DNA of 64,000 nucleotides, taken from contig JAZDMU010000048.1 of assembly GCA_043800695.1 (NCBI GenBank), forward strand, positions 4,003 through 68,002. The letters run 5' to 3'. The DNA comes from Bacteroidota bacterium (GTDB lineage: Bacteria; Bacteroidota; Bacteroidia; Bacteroidales; VadinHA17). The notes beneath the pieces were generated by a model that made no database searches, was not told the origin of the DNA, and worked only from the letters and a program-made list of their open reading frames with translations. Both the position numbers and the translations under genes were made by a program. Shown piece by piece: positions 18,033 through 26,806 of the stretch. Every line of letters begins with the position of its first letter. Within the stretch, counting starts at the first letter, position 1.

Positions 18033-18956
18033 TCAGAATCTTTTTGTATATCCGTGACAGTACGGAGTCTTTCCGTTGTTGAAGTAATAATCCTGGTGGT
18101 AATCCTCGGCTTCAAAGAATTCTGATGCTCCGGTAACTGCCGTTGCAATACGGTATTCCTTGTCAGTCAGTATCTTAAGGTTCTTATCGATGAGTTTTTT
18201 CTGTTCATCATTCATATAGAATATCTCCGACCGGTACTGGTCTCCGATATCGGGACCCTGTCCTCCAGCCTGTGTGGGATCGTGAATCTCGAGAAACAGC
18301 CTGAGAAGCTTTTCATAGTTTGTCTTTTCGGGATCATAAATGATCCTGACCGCTTCCGCATGGCCTGTCTTACCTGTACACACTTCCTTATATGACGGAT
18401 TCTTTACATGGCCTCCCGTGTATCCTGAAGTCACTGAAATGACCCCGGGTTCTTTCTGCATGTAATATTCGACACCCCAAAAACAGCCCCCTGCAAATAT
18501 TGCAGTCCCGTATCTGCCTTCCTCCACTATTGCAGGCACAAAGTCGAGTGAAACTGAATTAACGCAGTGGCGGATGTTCTTCGGGGTCATTCTTTCTCCT
18601 GTGAAAACATGGCCGAGATGGGCTCCGCATGAAGCACATATTATTTCAGTCCTCATTCCGTCGGGATCAGGGAATCTCTTTACTGCTCCTTTTATTTCAT
18701 CATCAAAACTTGGCCAGCCGCAGTCTGACTCAAATTTCGACGACGAATAATAGAGGGCGGCGCCGCATTTTTTGCACAGGTAAGTGCCTTTCTGCCTGCT
18801 GTCGGTAAACTTGCCCGTAAAGGGAGCTTCTGTTCCCTTGTTATTAATGACATGCGCTTCAGCCTTGCTAAGGTTGTTGAGCGGAAGTTTTTCCTGGGCG
18901 AATGATTTTGCTGTCATTGTAAGTAATATTGACAATATTAAAATTATGAACCTCAT
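18033..18956 (-). CDS. msrAB: Secreted bifunctional methionine sulfoxide reductase MsrB-MsrA
   Basis: 307 aa. Signal peptide (..AKSFA-QE). MsrB zinc and catalytic motifs (CKKCGAALY, CGWPSF, CASCGAHLGHVF, RHCVNS), then the MsrA motif GGCFWGVE. Confidence 0.9.
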   Translation of the reverse strand: MRFIILILSILLTMTAKSFAQEKLPLNNLSKAEAHVINNKGTEAPFTGKFTDSRQKGTYLCKKCGAALYYSSSKFESDCGWPSFDDEIKGAVKRFPDPDGMRTEIICASCGAHLGHVFTGERMTPKNIRHCVNSVSLDFVPAIVEEGRYGTAIFAGGCFWGVEYYMQKEPGVISVTSGYTGGHVKNPSYKEVCTGKTGHAEAVRIIYDPEKTNYEKLLRLFLEIHDPTQAGGQGPDIGDQYRSEIFYMNDEQKKLIDKNLKILTDKEYRIATAVTGASEFFEAEDYHQDYYFNNGKTPYCHGYTKRF

Positions 18957-19172
18957 AACAATTTAGTTTATGAAGAAATAACAAATTTATAATAAAAAAG
19001 TTGCAGGAAAAGAATGGTATAATTTTTGAACCATTTTCCACGTTTATTGTTTAATTATCCTGCTGACATACTGAAGGGGAAACCCTTGAAAAAATGTCAG
19101 AAATTAATTTTGGGTCTGAAGGCTGTTTTTTAAATGAAAAGTTTATTTTTGTAATCTATTAATACGATTCTT

Positions 19173-19298
19173 ATGAAAAAGCTTGCTGTTGTCTTTTTAA
19201 TTGCTTTTGCAACTGCACTGGTACTCAGCTCATGCAACAGGGAGACCTGTCCGGCATACAGCCAGGCTGATACAGAACAGGCAGGTCACCTTGGCTGA
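19173..19298 (+). CDS. Small putative lipoprotein (41 aa)
   Basis: Below the ORF-track size cut-off. ATG at 19173 gives MKKLAVVFLIAFATALVLSSCNRETCPAYSQADTEQAGHLG*. Classic lipobox (LSSC). 36 nt upstream of the next signal-peptide gene. Confidence 0.4.
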   Translation: MKKLAVVFLIAFATALVLSSCNRETCPAYSQADTEQAGHLG

Positions 19299-19334
19299 TA
19301 CTTTTTTCTTCCGGTTTTTATAAGTAGGCTGATA

Positions 19335-20138
19335 ATGAAAAAGCTTCTTATAACAGCGGTACTGATAATGCTTTGTGTAGCCGCTCTGACTGCACAGGGG
19401 GAAATAGATGAACAGCAAAAAGTATTCTTCCGTAACGAAAGGTCATTTGCTCTTCTGCTTAACTCTGATGGATACGGCATTAATTACCGTGAAGCAAAGC
19501 GTATCAACTACCTGAACAAGCGCCTCCTTGAGTTAGATCTTGGCACATTGAAGCACCCCAAGGAATACAGGGTATCAAATCCTTATGCCCAGACGGCCGG
19601 CTCTTTTATCTTCGGGAAGCTTAATTCGGTGCTTTATCTCAGGGGTGGCATTGGGTACCAGCATGAAATATTCTCGAAAACCGACATCGGAGGAGTTGCT
19701 GTAAGGTACTTTGTCGCAGGCGGACCCGTGTTGTCGCTCTATAAACCGATTTTCTACAAGGTGCTTTACCTGGTTCAGGGCACTAACTACTATGAGGTAA
19801 AGGAAGAAAAATTCGAAGAGACGATACATACTCCCTTTGACATTTACAGCAGGGCGCCATTCACCAGGGGTCTTGATGAGATAAAAGCCCTTCCCGGCCT
19901 TTATGCCAGAGCAGGCTTCAACTTTGAATACAGCAGGCAGGACAAGGTCATTCATGCCATTGAAATAGGAAGCCAGATAAACGCATTCCCGAAGAAAATC
20001 CCGATCATGGCAAGCCCGGATAACAAAGCAATATACTTCTCATTATTTGTTAGTTACAGGCTTGGTGTAATTGTTGATCCGCTTCATCCCGAAGAAACAA
20101 ACTTTAAAAATCTGTTCCGGAGTAAAAAGGTCCTCTGA
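19335..20138 (+). CDS. Hypothetical secreted / outer-membrane-like protein
   Basis: 267 aa. Signal peptide (..AALTA-QG), alternating beta-strand-like composition, no recognisable catalytic motif. Confidence 0.5.
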   Translation: MKKLLITAVLIMLCVAALTAQGEIDEQQKVFFRNERSFALLLNSDGYGINYREAKRINYLNKRLLELDLGTLKHPKEYRVSNPYAQTAGSFIFGKLNSVLYLRGGIGYQHEIFSKTDIGGVAVRYFVAGGPVLSLYKPIFYKVLYLVQGTNYYEVKEEKFEETIHTPFDIYSRAPFTRGLDEIKALPGLYARAGFNFEYSRQDKVIHAIEIGSQINAFPKKIPIMASPDNKAIYFSLFVSYRLGVIVDPLHPEETNFKNLFRSKKVL

Positions 20139-20149
20139 TCTTAAACAGC

Positions 20150-20180
20150 TTTGTTTTTTTCAGGGAATTTGCTAATTTTG
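20150..20180 (+). promoter_or_regulatory. Bacteroidota-type promoter for gapA (TTTG, 19-nt spacer, TAATTTTG)
   Basis: TTTG at 20150..20153 and TAATTTTG at 20173..20180 match the TTTG / TAnnTTTG (-33/-7) consensus described for Bacteroides promoters. 42 nt upstream of the ATG. Confidence 0.5.
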
Positions 20181-20192
20181 TCGTTCAATTAA

Positions 20193-21230
<1,038 letters not shown>

Positions 21231-21253
21231 CAATTTAAATTGATTTATAAATA

Positions 21254-21283
21254 CGTAGGGACGTTGCATGCAACGTCCCTACG
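21254..21283. terminator. Perfect 30-nt palindrome between convergent gapA and the DUF1987 gene (bidirectional terminator candidate)
   Basis: CGTAGGGACGTTGCA|TGCAACGTCCCTACG read directly, followed by CATTTTA on the plus strand. Confidence 0.6.
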
Positions 21284-21306
21284 CATTTTAACCAAAATAT
21301 TTTTAA

Positions 21307-21687
21307 CTATACTATCATTTCTATCTGCAGGGGTATCCCTGCGGTATCGCGGTAATGCTCCCCGAGCTCCAGCATGGCTTCATCATCCTCCTCGTAAAGC
21401 CACTTCATTTTTACCTCATTGCCCGCCGAGCGCCCGTAACCGGTGAGCCTCTTCAATATCTCATAGAGGTACTTTGAGGAGCCGCTGTTTATATATTCTA
21501 GCTGAACGTTTATGTTCAATGATTTATTCTTTTCAAAATGGAGGGTAATCCATTCATCGAGGCGCCTGAATATCAGCTCGGGATTTTCAGGTATTGACCT
21601 TCCGATCAGTTCAAGCTGATTTGTCTCGGGATAATATGCTATTCCCGGGCAATTCTTTAATTCTTCCTGAATTACATGTTTTTCCAT
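21307..21687 (-). CDS. DUF1987 / SiaC-family regulatory phosphoprotein
   Basis: 126 aa. ..LELIGRSIPENPELIF..L.EW.. / ..LEYINSGSSKYLYEILKRL.. / ..WLYEEDDEAMLELGE.. matches my recollection of the DUF1987 consensus (GRSYPEN, YFNTSSSK, WYYEEDDEDM). Confidence 0.75.
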   Translation of the reverse strand: MEKHVIQEELKNCPGIAYYPETNQLELIGRSIPENPELIFRRLDEWITLHFEKNKSLNINVQLEYINSGSSKYLYEILKRLTGYGRSAGNEVKMKWLYEEDDEAMLELGEHYRDTAGIPLQIEMIV

Positions 21688-21702
21688 ACCATTGTTCTTA
21701 TA

Positions 21703-22965
21703 TCATTCGTACCTTAAAGCTTCTATCGGATCTATATTGGCCGCTTTCAGAGCCGGTGCGTACCCTGACACAACCCCTACTATAAAACATACCACAACTC
21801 CCATCAGCACCCACAGCCACGGAATGATGAAATCCGATTTCATCAGTGAAGATACAATATTGCCGATAAGAATTCCAAGAATTATGCCAAAGACTCCGCC
21901 CAGCTGCCCGATGAGCACCGATTCAAAAAGAAACTGATTCTGGATAGTCCTGGGTTTCGCGCCAATGGCTTTCCTTACTCCTATTTCCCTGGTGCGCTCC
22001 GATACCGACACCAGCATTATATTCATCAGGCCCACTGCGGCGCCGAACAGGGTCACAAGACCTATGATGGTGGCAGCAAGGGTTACATATTTGATGTTTT
22101 TAAGAAGAAGCTGGACTATATTGTCGCTCTTTGTCACATTGAAATCCGATTCATCCCTCGGATCAAGATTGCGCACTATCCTGAACACGCCCTCGGCCTC
22201 ACCCGTCAGAATATCAAGGGAGGCAGGATTAACCGGCATAACCGTTATATTAAAATTCATGTTGGGCCTCGGGAAATACTGGCGTGCCGTTGTAATGGGT
22301 ATGAAACATATATTATCGGAGCTTATCGCGGTTGCACCTTTGGTCTTAAGTACACCTGCAACAACAAATTTAAGTCCTGCAACGGATATCTCCTTTCCAA
22401 GAGGCTCAATACCTGTCTTGAAGATATCCCCGACCACTTCCGACCCGAGGATAATAAGGCGGCGGCTGAGCTGGATCTCATCGGGACTGAAGTTTCTTCC
22501 GGTATTGATATCGTAGCCTGACACTGAAAAGTAATTCTCATCGATCCCCCTGATAGAGACAGTTGGGTTAGTCTCCTCCGTTCCGTACTTAAGAGTAGCT
22601 CCCCCTGAGGCATTGAAAGATACTGAGACTATCGCCGGCTCCGTGAACTTCTCCCTGAACTCAATTGCCTCGCGATAGGATATCCTTGAGTGATTCTTCA
22701 CCCTGTAAGAAGTCTGTCCTCCAAATATAATATTCATCCCGCGCGAGGTGATGGTGAATGAATTGGCTCCCATCATGGTAAACTGGTTCGTGAGCGATGA
22801 TTTTATGGAATCAATGGCGGTCAGTATCCCTACAAGGGCCATAATGCCGATGGCGATGATGCAGATAGTAAGAATAGTTCGTACCCTGTTCGACCTTATG
22901 GCTCTGACGGAGATCCTGAGATTCTCCCAGAACAATCCTATTCTCAAATATCTTCGCTTCTGCAT
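21703..22965 (-). CDS. ABC transporter permease, MacB/FtsX family
   Basis: The ORF track starts at 22998. The in-frame ATG at 22965 ([33 protein letters not shown]..) fits the usual N-terminus. TM1, a large periplasmic domain, then three C-terminal TMs ending ..[16 protein letters not shown]. Confidence 0.85.
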   Translation of the reverse strand: MQKRRYLRIGLFWENLRISVRAIRSNRVRTILTICIIAIGIMALVGILTAIDSIKSSLTNQFTMMGANSFTITSRGMNIIFGGQTSYRVKNHSRISYREAIEFREKFTEPAIVSVSFNASGGATLKYGTEETNPTVSIRGIDENYFSVSGYDINTGRNFSPDEIQLSRRLIILGSEVVGDIFKTGIEPLGKEISVAGLKFVVAGVLKTKGATAISSDNICFIPITTARQYFPRPNMNFNITVMPVNPASLDILTGEAEGVFRIVRNLDPRDESDFNVTKSDNIVQLLLKNIKYVTLAATIIGLVTLFGAAVGLMNIMLVSVSERTREIGVRKAIGAKPRTIQNQFLFESVLIGQLGGVFGIILGILIGNIVSSLMKSDFIIPWLWVLMGVVVCFIVGVVSGYAPALKAANIDPIEALRYE

Positions 22966-23119
22966 AAGTGCCTTCCGCAATAAAAAATAAAAGTACAATT
23001 TTTTTCCTTCAGACTCAAATGTGGCATACTATTTTATATATACAGCATTGATGGAACTCCCTATTGAATCGCGGAGCGGTTCCATAATAATTTCATTTTT
23101 TTGTAAAATAATTAAGAAT

Positions 23120-23154
23120 TTAGTTGCATAACTAACATTTTCGTTGTATCTTTG
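23120..23154 (+). promoter_or_regulatory. Candidate blaI promoter (TATCTTTG -7 box) with an overlapping 6-4-6 inverted repeat (possible BlaI operator)
   Basis: TTAGTT-GCAT-AACTAA at 23120..23135 covers the expected -33 position. TATCTTTG at 23147..23154 matches TAnnTTTG. 52 nt upstream of the blaI ATG. Confidence 0.4.
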
Positions 23155-23205
23155 TAAGTATGGAGTAATAAACAGGAAATAGCTATTATTTTACACATAT
23201 TGATA

Positions 23206-23586
23206 ATGAGAGAATTAACAAGGGCAGAGGAACAGGTGATGCAGGTGCTATGGAAGATCAAAAAGGGCTTCGTGAAGGATGTCCTGGAACATTTTAATGA
23301 ACCAAAGCCTGCATATAACACAGTAAGCACCATTATCCGCATCCTCCAGGATAAAGGATTCGTGACCCACAAAGCCTACGGAAGGACACACGAATATTAT
23401 CCCATAATAACAAAGGATGATTATTCAAAATCGCACCTCAGCTCCTTTGTGAGTGATTATTTTTCAAATTCGTTCGGCAAGATGGTAAGCTTCTTCGCAA
23501 AAGAGAGAGAGATCTCGATAAGGGAGATGGAGGAGATAATGAAGATTATGGACGGCGAAATGAAAAAGATAAAAGCTGAAAAATGA
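23206..23586 (+). CDS. BlaI/MecI/CopY-family transcriptional repressor
   Basis: The ORF track starts at a TTG (23200); the ATG at 23206 gives MRELTRAEEQVMQVLW.. Winged-helix penicillinase-repressor pattern (..YNTVSTIIRILQDKGFV..). Confidence 0.85.
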   Translation: MRELTRAEEQVMQVLWKIKKGFVKDVLEHFNEPKPAYNTVSTIIRILQDKGFVTHKAYGRTHEYYPIITKDDYSKSHLSSFVSDYFSNSFGKMVSFFAKEREISIREMEEIMKIMDGEMKKIKAEK

Positions 23587-24857
23587 ATACCTTATTAATA
23601 TACATGATCAAGGCTGCTTTATACCTGGCAGCATTCTACCTGGTATATGCTTTGTTCCTTAGCAGGGATACCCTCTATCGGCGCAATAGGGCTTATATCC
23701 TTTTCTCGGTCACGGCAGCATTCATTCTGCCCCTGATAACGATCCGGACAAACACACCGGTAAATCTGTTCTCTGGAAAGACACTTAATGAAGTACTGAT
23801 AACCGGCGTATATAATGGCCCCGTGAGTGCGATCCCGGGGAATGAGGGACACACGCTGCCGGAACTTTTTCTGATAATATATCTTTCAGGACTCCTTTTA
23901 TTTGCCGGCAAGCTGATCCTGGATATATTGGAACTGGTGATCGTGGTACTGAAAAACAGAAACCATGAAAATCACGTAATAAGATTCAGCGGACTTGGCA
24001 CATCGGGGTTCTCAGCGCTCGGCTTTGTTTTCGTCAATTCATCCCTGCCGGAAGAGGATGAACAGGAGATATTGAAGCATGAGCAAAACCATCTCGACCA
24101 CCTTCATTTCATTGATATCATCCTGATTGAGGTACTGAAGGCATTTCAGTGGTTCAATCCGTTCATCCACCTTTTCAACAGGTCGCTGCGCGCGGTGCAT
24201 GAATTCCAGGCAGATGAAGGGTGCCTGAGAACAGGCATTCCCGTAGTAAGCTACCAGAGGCTGATAATGAACCAGGTTTTCAGATCAAGGACATTTACAG
24301 TGACAAACAGTTTTTCCAATCCTACACTTCTTAAAAAACGAATGATCATGATGACAAAAGAACGCTCAAGGATGCTGGCAAACCTCAAACTGCTGATGGT
24401 TCTGCCGGTGATAGCAGTTGTGATGATTGCTTTCTCATCCTGCAAGGGTAAGACAACCGGAACTGAAACCACAACTGAAGAGATTGCTCCTCCTCCACCG
24501 CCTCCGCCGCCACCACCTCCACCACCAATTGAAGCTGATACACCATGGGTTAAAGTTGATGTAATGCCGCAATTCCCTGGCGGCGACGCCGGACTTTTGG
24601 AATATATTGCTAAAAACACAATTTACCCGGAAGATTCAAAAACCAAAGGTGTGCAAGGCAGAGTAGTTGTCAGATTCGCAGTGGAAAAAGATGGAAGTAT
24701 CAATCAGATAAGCATTCTTAAAGGCGTTGCTCCCGATCTTGATGCTGAAGCACTTAGAGTTGTAAAGACACTCCCTGCATATGATAAACCAGGACTCGTG
24801 AATGGCAAACCTGTTGCGGTCTGGTATATGGTTCCAATAACATTTACCCTTAAATAG
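23583..24857 (+). CDS. BlaR1-like M56 peptidase-domain membrane sensor fused to a proline-rich linker and a TonB C-terminal domain
   Basis: 424 aa. 4-nt overlap with blaI. TM helices, HEQNHLDHLH (HExxH), P14 linker, then a TonB_C-like region (VMPQFPGGDAGLLEYI..GVQGRVVVRFAVEKDGSI..PGLVNGKPVAVWYMVPITF). Confidence 0.8.
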   Translation: MNTLLIYMIKAALYLAAFYLVYALFLSRDTLYRRNRAYILFSVTAAFILPLITIRTNTPVNLFSGKTLNEVLITGVYNGPVSAIPGNEGHTLPELFLIIYLSGLLLFAGKLILDILELVIVVLKNRNHENHVIRFSGLGTSGFSALGFVFVNSSLPEEDEQEILKHEQNHLDHLHFIDIILIEVLKAFQWFNPFIHLFNRSLRAVHEFQADEGCLRTGIPVVSYQRLIMNQVFRSRTFTVTNSFSNPTLLKKRMIMMTKERSRMLANLKLLMVLPVIAVVMIAFSSCKGKTTGTETTTEEIAPPPPPPPPPPPPPIEADTPWVKVDVMPQFPGGDAGLLEYIAKNTIYPEDSKTKGVQGRVVVRFAVEKDGSINQISILKGVAPDLDAEALRVVKTLPAYDKPGLVNGKPVAVWYMVPITFTLK

Positions 24858-24883
24858 AATCATTTCTGATTTTTTAACTTCCG

Positions 24884-24917
24884 AAATCCTGATCCTTAAA
24901 ACGGTCAGGATTTTTTT
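24884..24917 (+). terminator. Intrinsic terminator after the blaR1-tonB gene
   Basis: AAATCCTGA stem, loop, TCAGGATTT, followed by T7 (24911..24917). Confidence 0.8.
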
Positions 24918-24925
24918 ATGAATTT

Positions 24926-25047
24926 CATGTACCCATCCCCCAACCCCCTTCCCTGCTTCGCAAGGAAGGGGGCTTTAATAGATTGAATATGACCCATTTC
25001 CCCCTCCTTGCGATAGCAGGGAGGGGGATTAAGGGGGTGGGTACGTG
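24926..25047. repeat. Roughly 120-nt G/C-rich composite palindrome (MITE/REP-like): outer inverted repeat CAYGTACCCA enclosing two inverted copies of a 29-30-nt hairpin unit
   Basis: Hairpin units at 24944..24972 and 24999..25028 (CCCCCTyCC-TGC-loop-GCA-GGrAGGGGG). Outer arms at 24926..24950 and 25028..25047. A third copy of the hairpin unit lies at 48758..48785. Confidence 0.8.
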
Positions 25048-25140
25048 TGACTCAGGAGCAGGAATAATGAATATGTCCATATGCAAAAAAATAAAAAAGG
25101 GAGTACTAAAATTCCTATTTTTATCCCCATATAATCTGAC

Positions 25141-26184
25141 ATGAACCTTCATACCCGTATCTCAGCATTCTCATCCCTTGGCGAAACACTAAGAGACGCT
25201 CTGGTGGGGAAACAGACAGGTTTTACAGACAGGATCAGTCATCTCATTGAAACACAGTATCTCAAAAACCCATGGTTCACTCCGGATAATGTCAGGATGG
25301 CAATAGGTGCAATAGCCGGTGAGCTGACGCAGGAAAATCTGACCAGATGGTGTTCGGCATATCCCGCACTTGATATCGCCATCAAGCCTCTGAATGCCGG
25401 CGTGGTTATGGCAGGCAATATTCCTCTTGCGGGTTTTCACGATCTGTTATGCGTGTTGATTTCCGGGAACAGGCTCATTGCCAGGACAAGCTCCAAGGAT
25501 AATGAACTGGTGGTGCTTATCAGCGATGTGCTCCGCAAGACAGAGCCGGGATTTTCTTCTATGATAACAATCACTGAAGGAACCATTTCAGATTTTAACG
25601 TTATCATTGCCACCGGCAGCGATAACAGCTCCCGCTATTTTGAGTATTACTTCGGAAAATACCCGCATATAATCAGAAAAAACCGAAACAGCGTCGCTGT
25701 GCTTGACGGTACTGAGATCAGGGCAGAGCTTGAAAATTTAGGAACTGATATATTTTCATATTTCGGCCTTGGCTGCAGGAACGTGTCAAAGCTCTATATC
25801 CCGGCAGGATATGATCTGAAAAGCCTGATAAGCTGCTGGGATCAATTTACGGGAATAATAAAACAGAACAAGTACGCCAATAACTATGATTTTCACAAAG
25901 CTGTCCTTATGGTCAACAAGGATAGGTTCCTGGATACGGGTTACCTGCTGATGAAAGAGCATCCGGGTCTCTCCTCCCCTGTCGCGGTTCTGTACTATGA
26001 AGCTTATAGCAGCAGGGATTCTTTTATACGAATAACAAAACAGAACAGCAACAAAATCCAGTGCATCATTGGGAGAGAATATGTTCCTTTCGGCAAAGCA
26101 CAGATGCCTGCCCTGTGGGATTATGCGGACGGTGTTGACACGATAGCATTTCTTCTAAAAAAAAACAGCCCGGGAATATTGTAA
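25141..26184 (+). CDS. Acyl-CoA reductase (LuxC-like) family protein
   Basis: 347 aa. NPWFT, MAGNIPLAGFHD, ATGSDNSSRYFEYYFGKYPHIIRKNRNSVAVL and FGLGCRNVSKLYIP are strings I recognise from the Bacteroidota protein family annotated as acyl-CoA reductase. Confidence 0.7.
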   Translation: MNLHTRISAFSSLGETLRDALVGKQTGFTDRISHLIETQYLKNPWFTPDNVRMAIGAIAGELTQENLTRWCSAYPALDIAIKPLNAGVVMAGNIPLAGFHDLLCVLISGNRLIARTSSKDNELVVLISDVLRKTEPGFSSMITITEGTISDFNVIIATGSDNSSRYFEYYFGKYPHIIRKNRNSVAVLDGTEIRAELENLGTDIFSYFGLGCRNVSKLYIPAGYDLKSLISCWDQFTGIIKQNKYANNYDFHKAVLMVNKDRFLDTGYLLMKEHPGLSSPVAVLYYEAYSSRDSFIRITKQNSNKIQCIIGREYVPFGKAQMPALWDYADGVDTIAFLLKKNSPGIL

Positions 26185-26226
26185 TATAAAAAATACTATA
26201 TTGCACCCGTTGAATTCAAATATGTC

Positions 26227-26784
26227 ATGGTCTACAGATTTGTTGTATTATCGGATGAGGATGAGTCGTTTGTGAGGGAATTTGAATTTTTAGATTCTCA
26301 CACTCTGCTGGATTTCCATAATGCACTGCAGGACGAACTGGAGTTCGACAAATCACAAATGGCATCATTTTACCTTGCTACTGATAACTGGGAAAAGGAA
26401 GAAGAGTTTACGCTGTTCGATATGGGAACAGGTTCCTCAACAATGGAGGTGGCCCTGCTTGAAGATATCATTTTCAGGAAAAACCAGAAACTTCTTTACG
26501 TGTTTGATTTCTTCAACGAAAGAGCGCTATTCGTTGAATATACGGGTGAAGTAAAAGAGATTGACGGCCGGGAATACCCTGCCTGCACCAATTCAAAAGG
26601 CATTCCCCCTAAACAGGTCATATTCGGAAGCAGCTCAAGGAAACTTTACAATAACATCGTCGTTTCAGATGATGATGATGAGGATGATGAACCTGAAGTA
26701 GACGACCTGTTCCTTAACGGCGAAGATGAAGAATCGCTTCCCGACTTCGAGAACGAAGAACCCGTGAACGAGGAAGAAGAGTAG
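26227..26784 (+). CDS. Hypothetical protein, pRiA4b ORF-3-like fold with a poly-acidic C-terminal tail
   Basis: 185 aa. MVYRFVVLSDEDESFVREFEF..LLDFHNALQDELEFD..LLYVFDFFNERALFVE resembles the PF07929-type domain. The last roughly 45 aa are D/E-rich. Confidence 0.45.
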   Translation: MVYRFVVLSDEDESFVREFEFLDSHTLLDFHNALQDELEFDKSQMASFYLATDNWEKEEEFTLFDMGTGSSTMEVALLEDIIFRKNQKLLYVFDFFNERALFVEYTGEVKEIDGREYPACTNSKGIPPKQVIFGSSSRKLYNNIVVSDDDDEDDEPEVDDLFLNGEDEESLPDFENEEPVNEEEE

Positions 26785-26806
26785 CTTCCTCACGGAAAAA
26801 TACCTG

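Noticed and set aside
23041-23110. ATGGAAC..N18..GTTCCAT hairpin followed by a T-rich run on the plus strand; considered as an orphan terminator or small RNA between the permease and blaI.
   Set aside because: The stem is short (7 bp) with a long loop. There is no upstream plus-strand gene or convincing promoter, so the evidence is insufficient.
24481-24530. Long C/G run (CCTCCTCCACCGCCTCCGCCGCCACCACCTCCACCACC), also visible as a poly-G antisense ORF.
   Set aside because: It lies in frame inside the BlaR1-TonB gene and encodes the P14 linker typical of TonB proteins. It is a coding feature, not an intergenic repeat element.
24926-25047. G/C-rich composite palindromes (also at 35641 and 42038); considered for annotation as bona fide mobile elements.
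   Set aside because: No transposase is present and no target-site duplications can be demonstrated from a single window. They are therefore listed as repeats and hypotheses only.
26665-26775. GAT/GAA trinucleotide-rich stretch (gatgatgatgatgaggatgatgaa...).
   Set aside because: It is in frame as the poly-acidic tail of the 185-aa protein. This is coding low complexity rather than a DNA-level repeat element.
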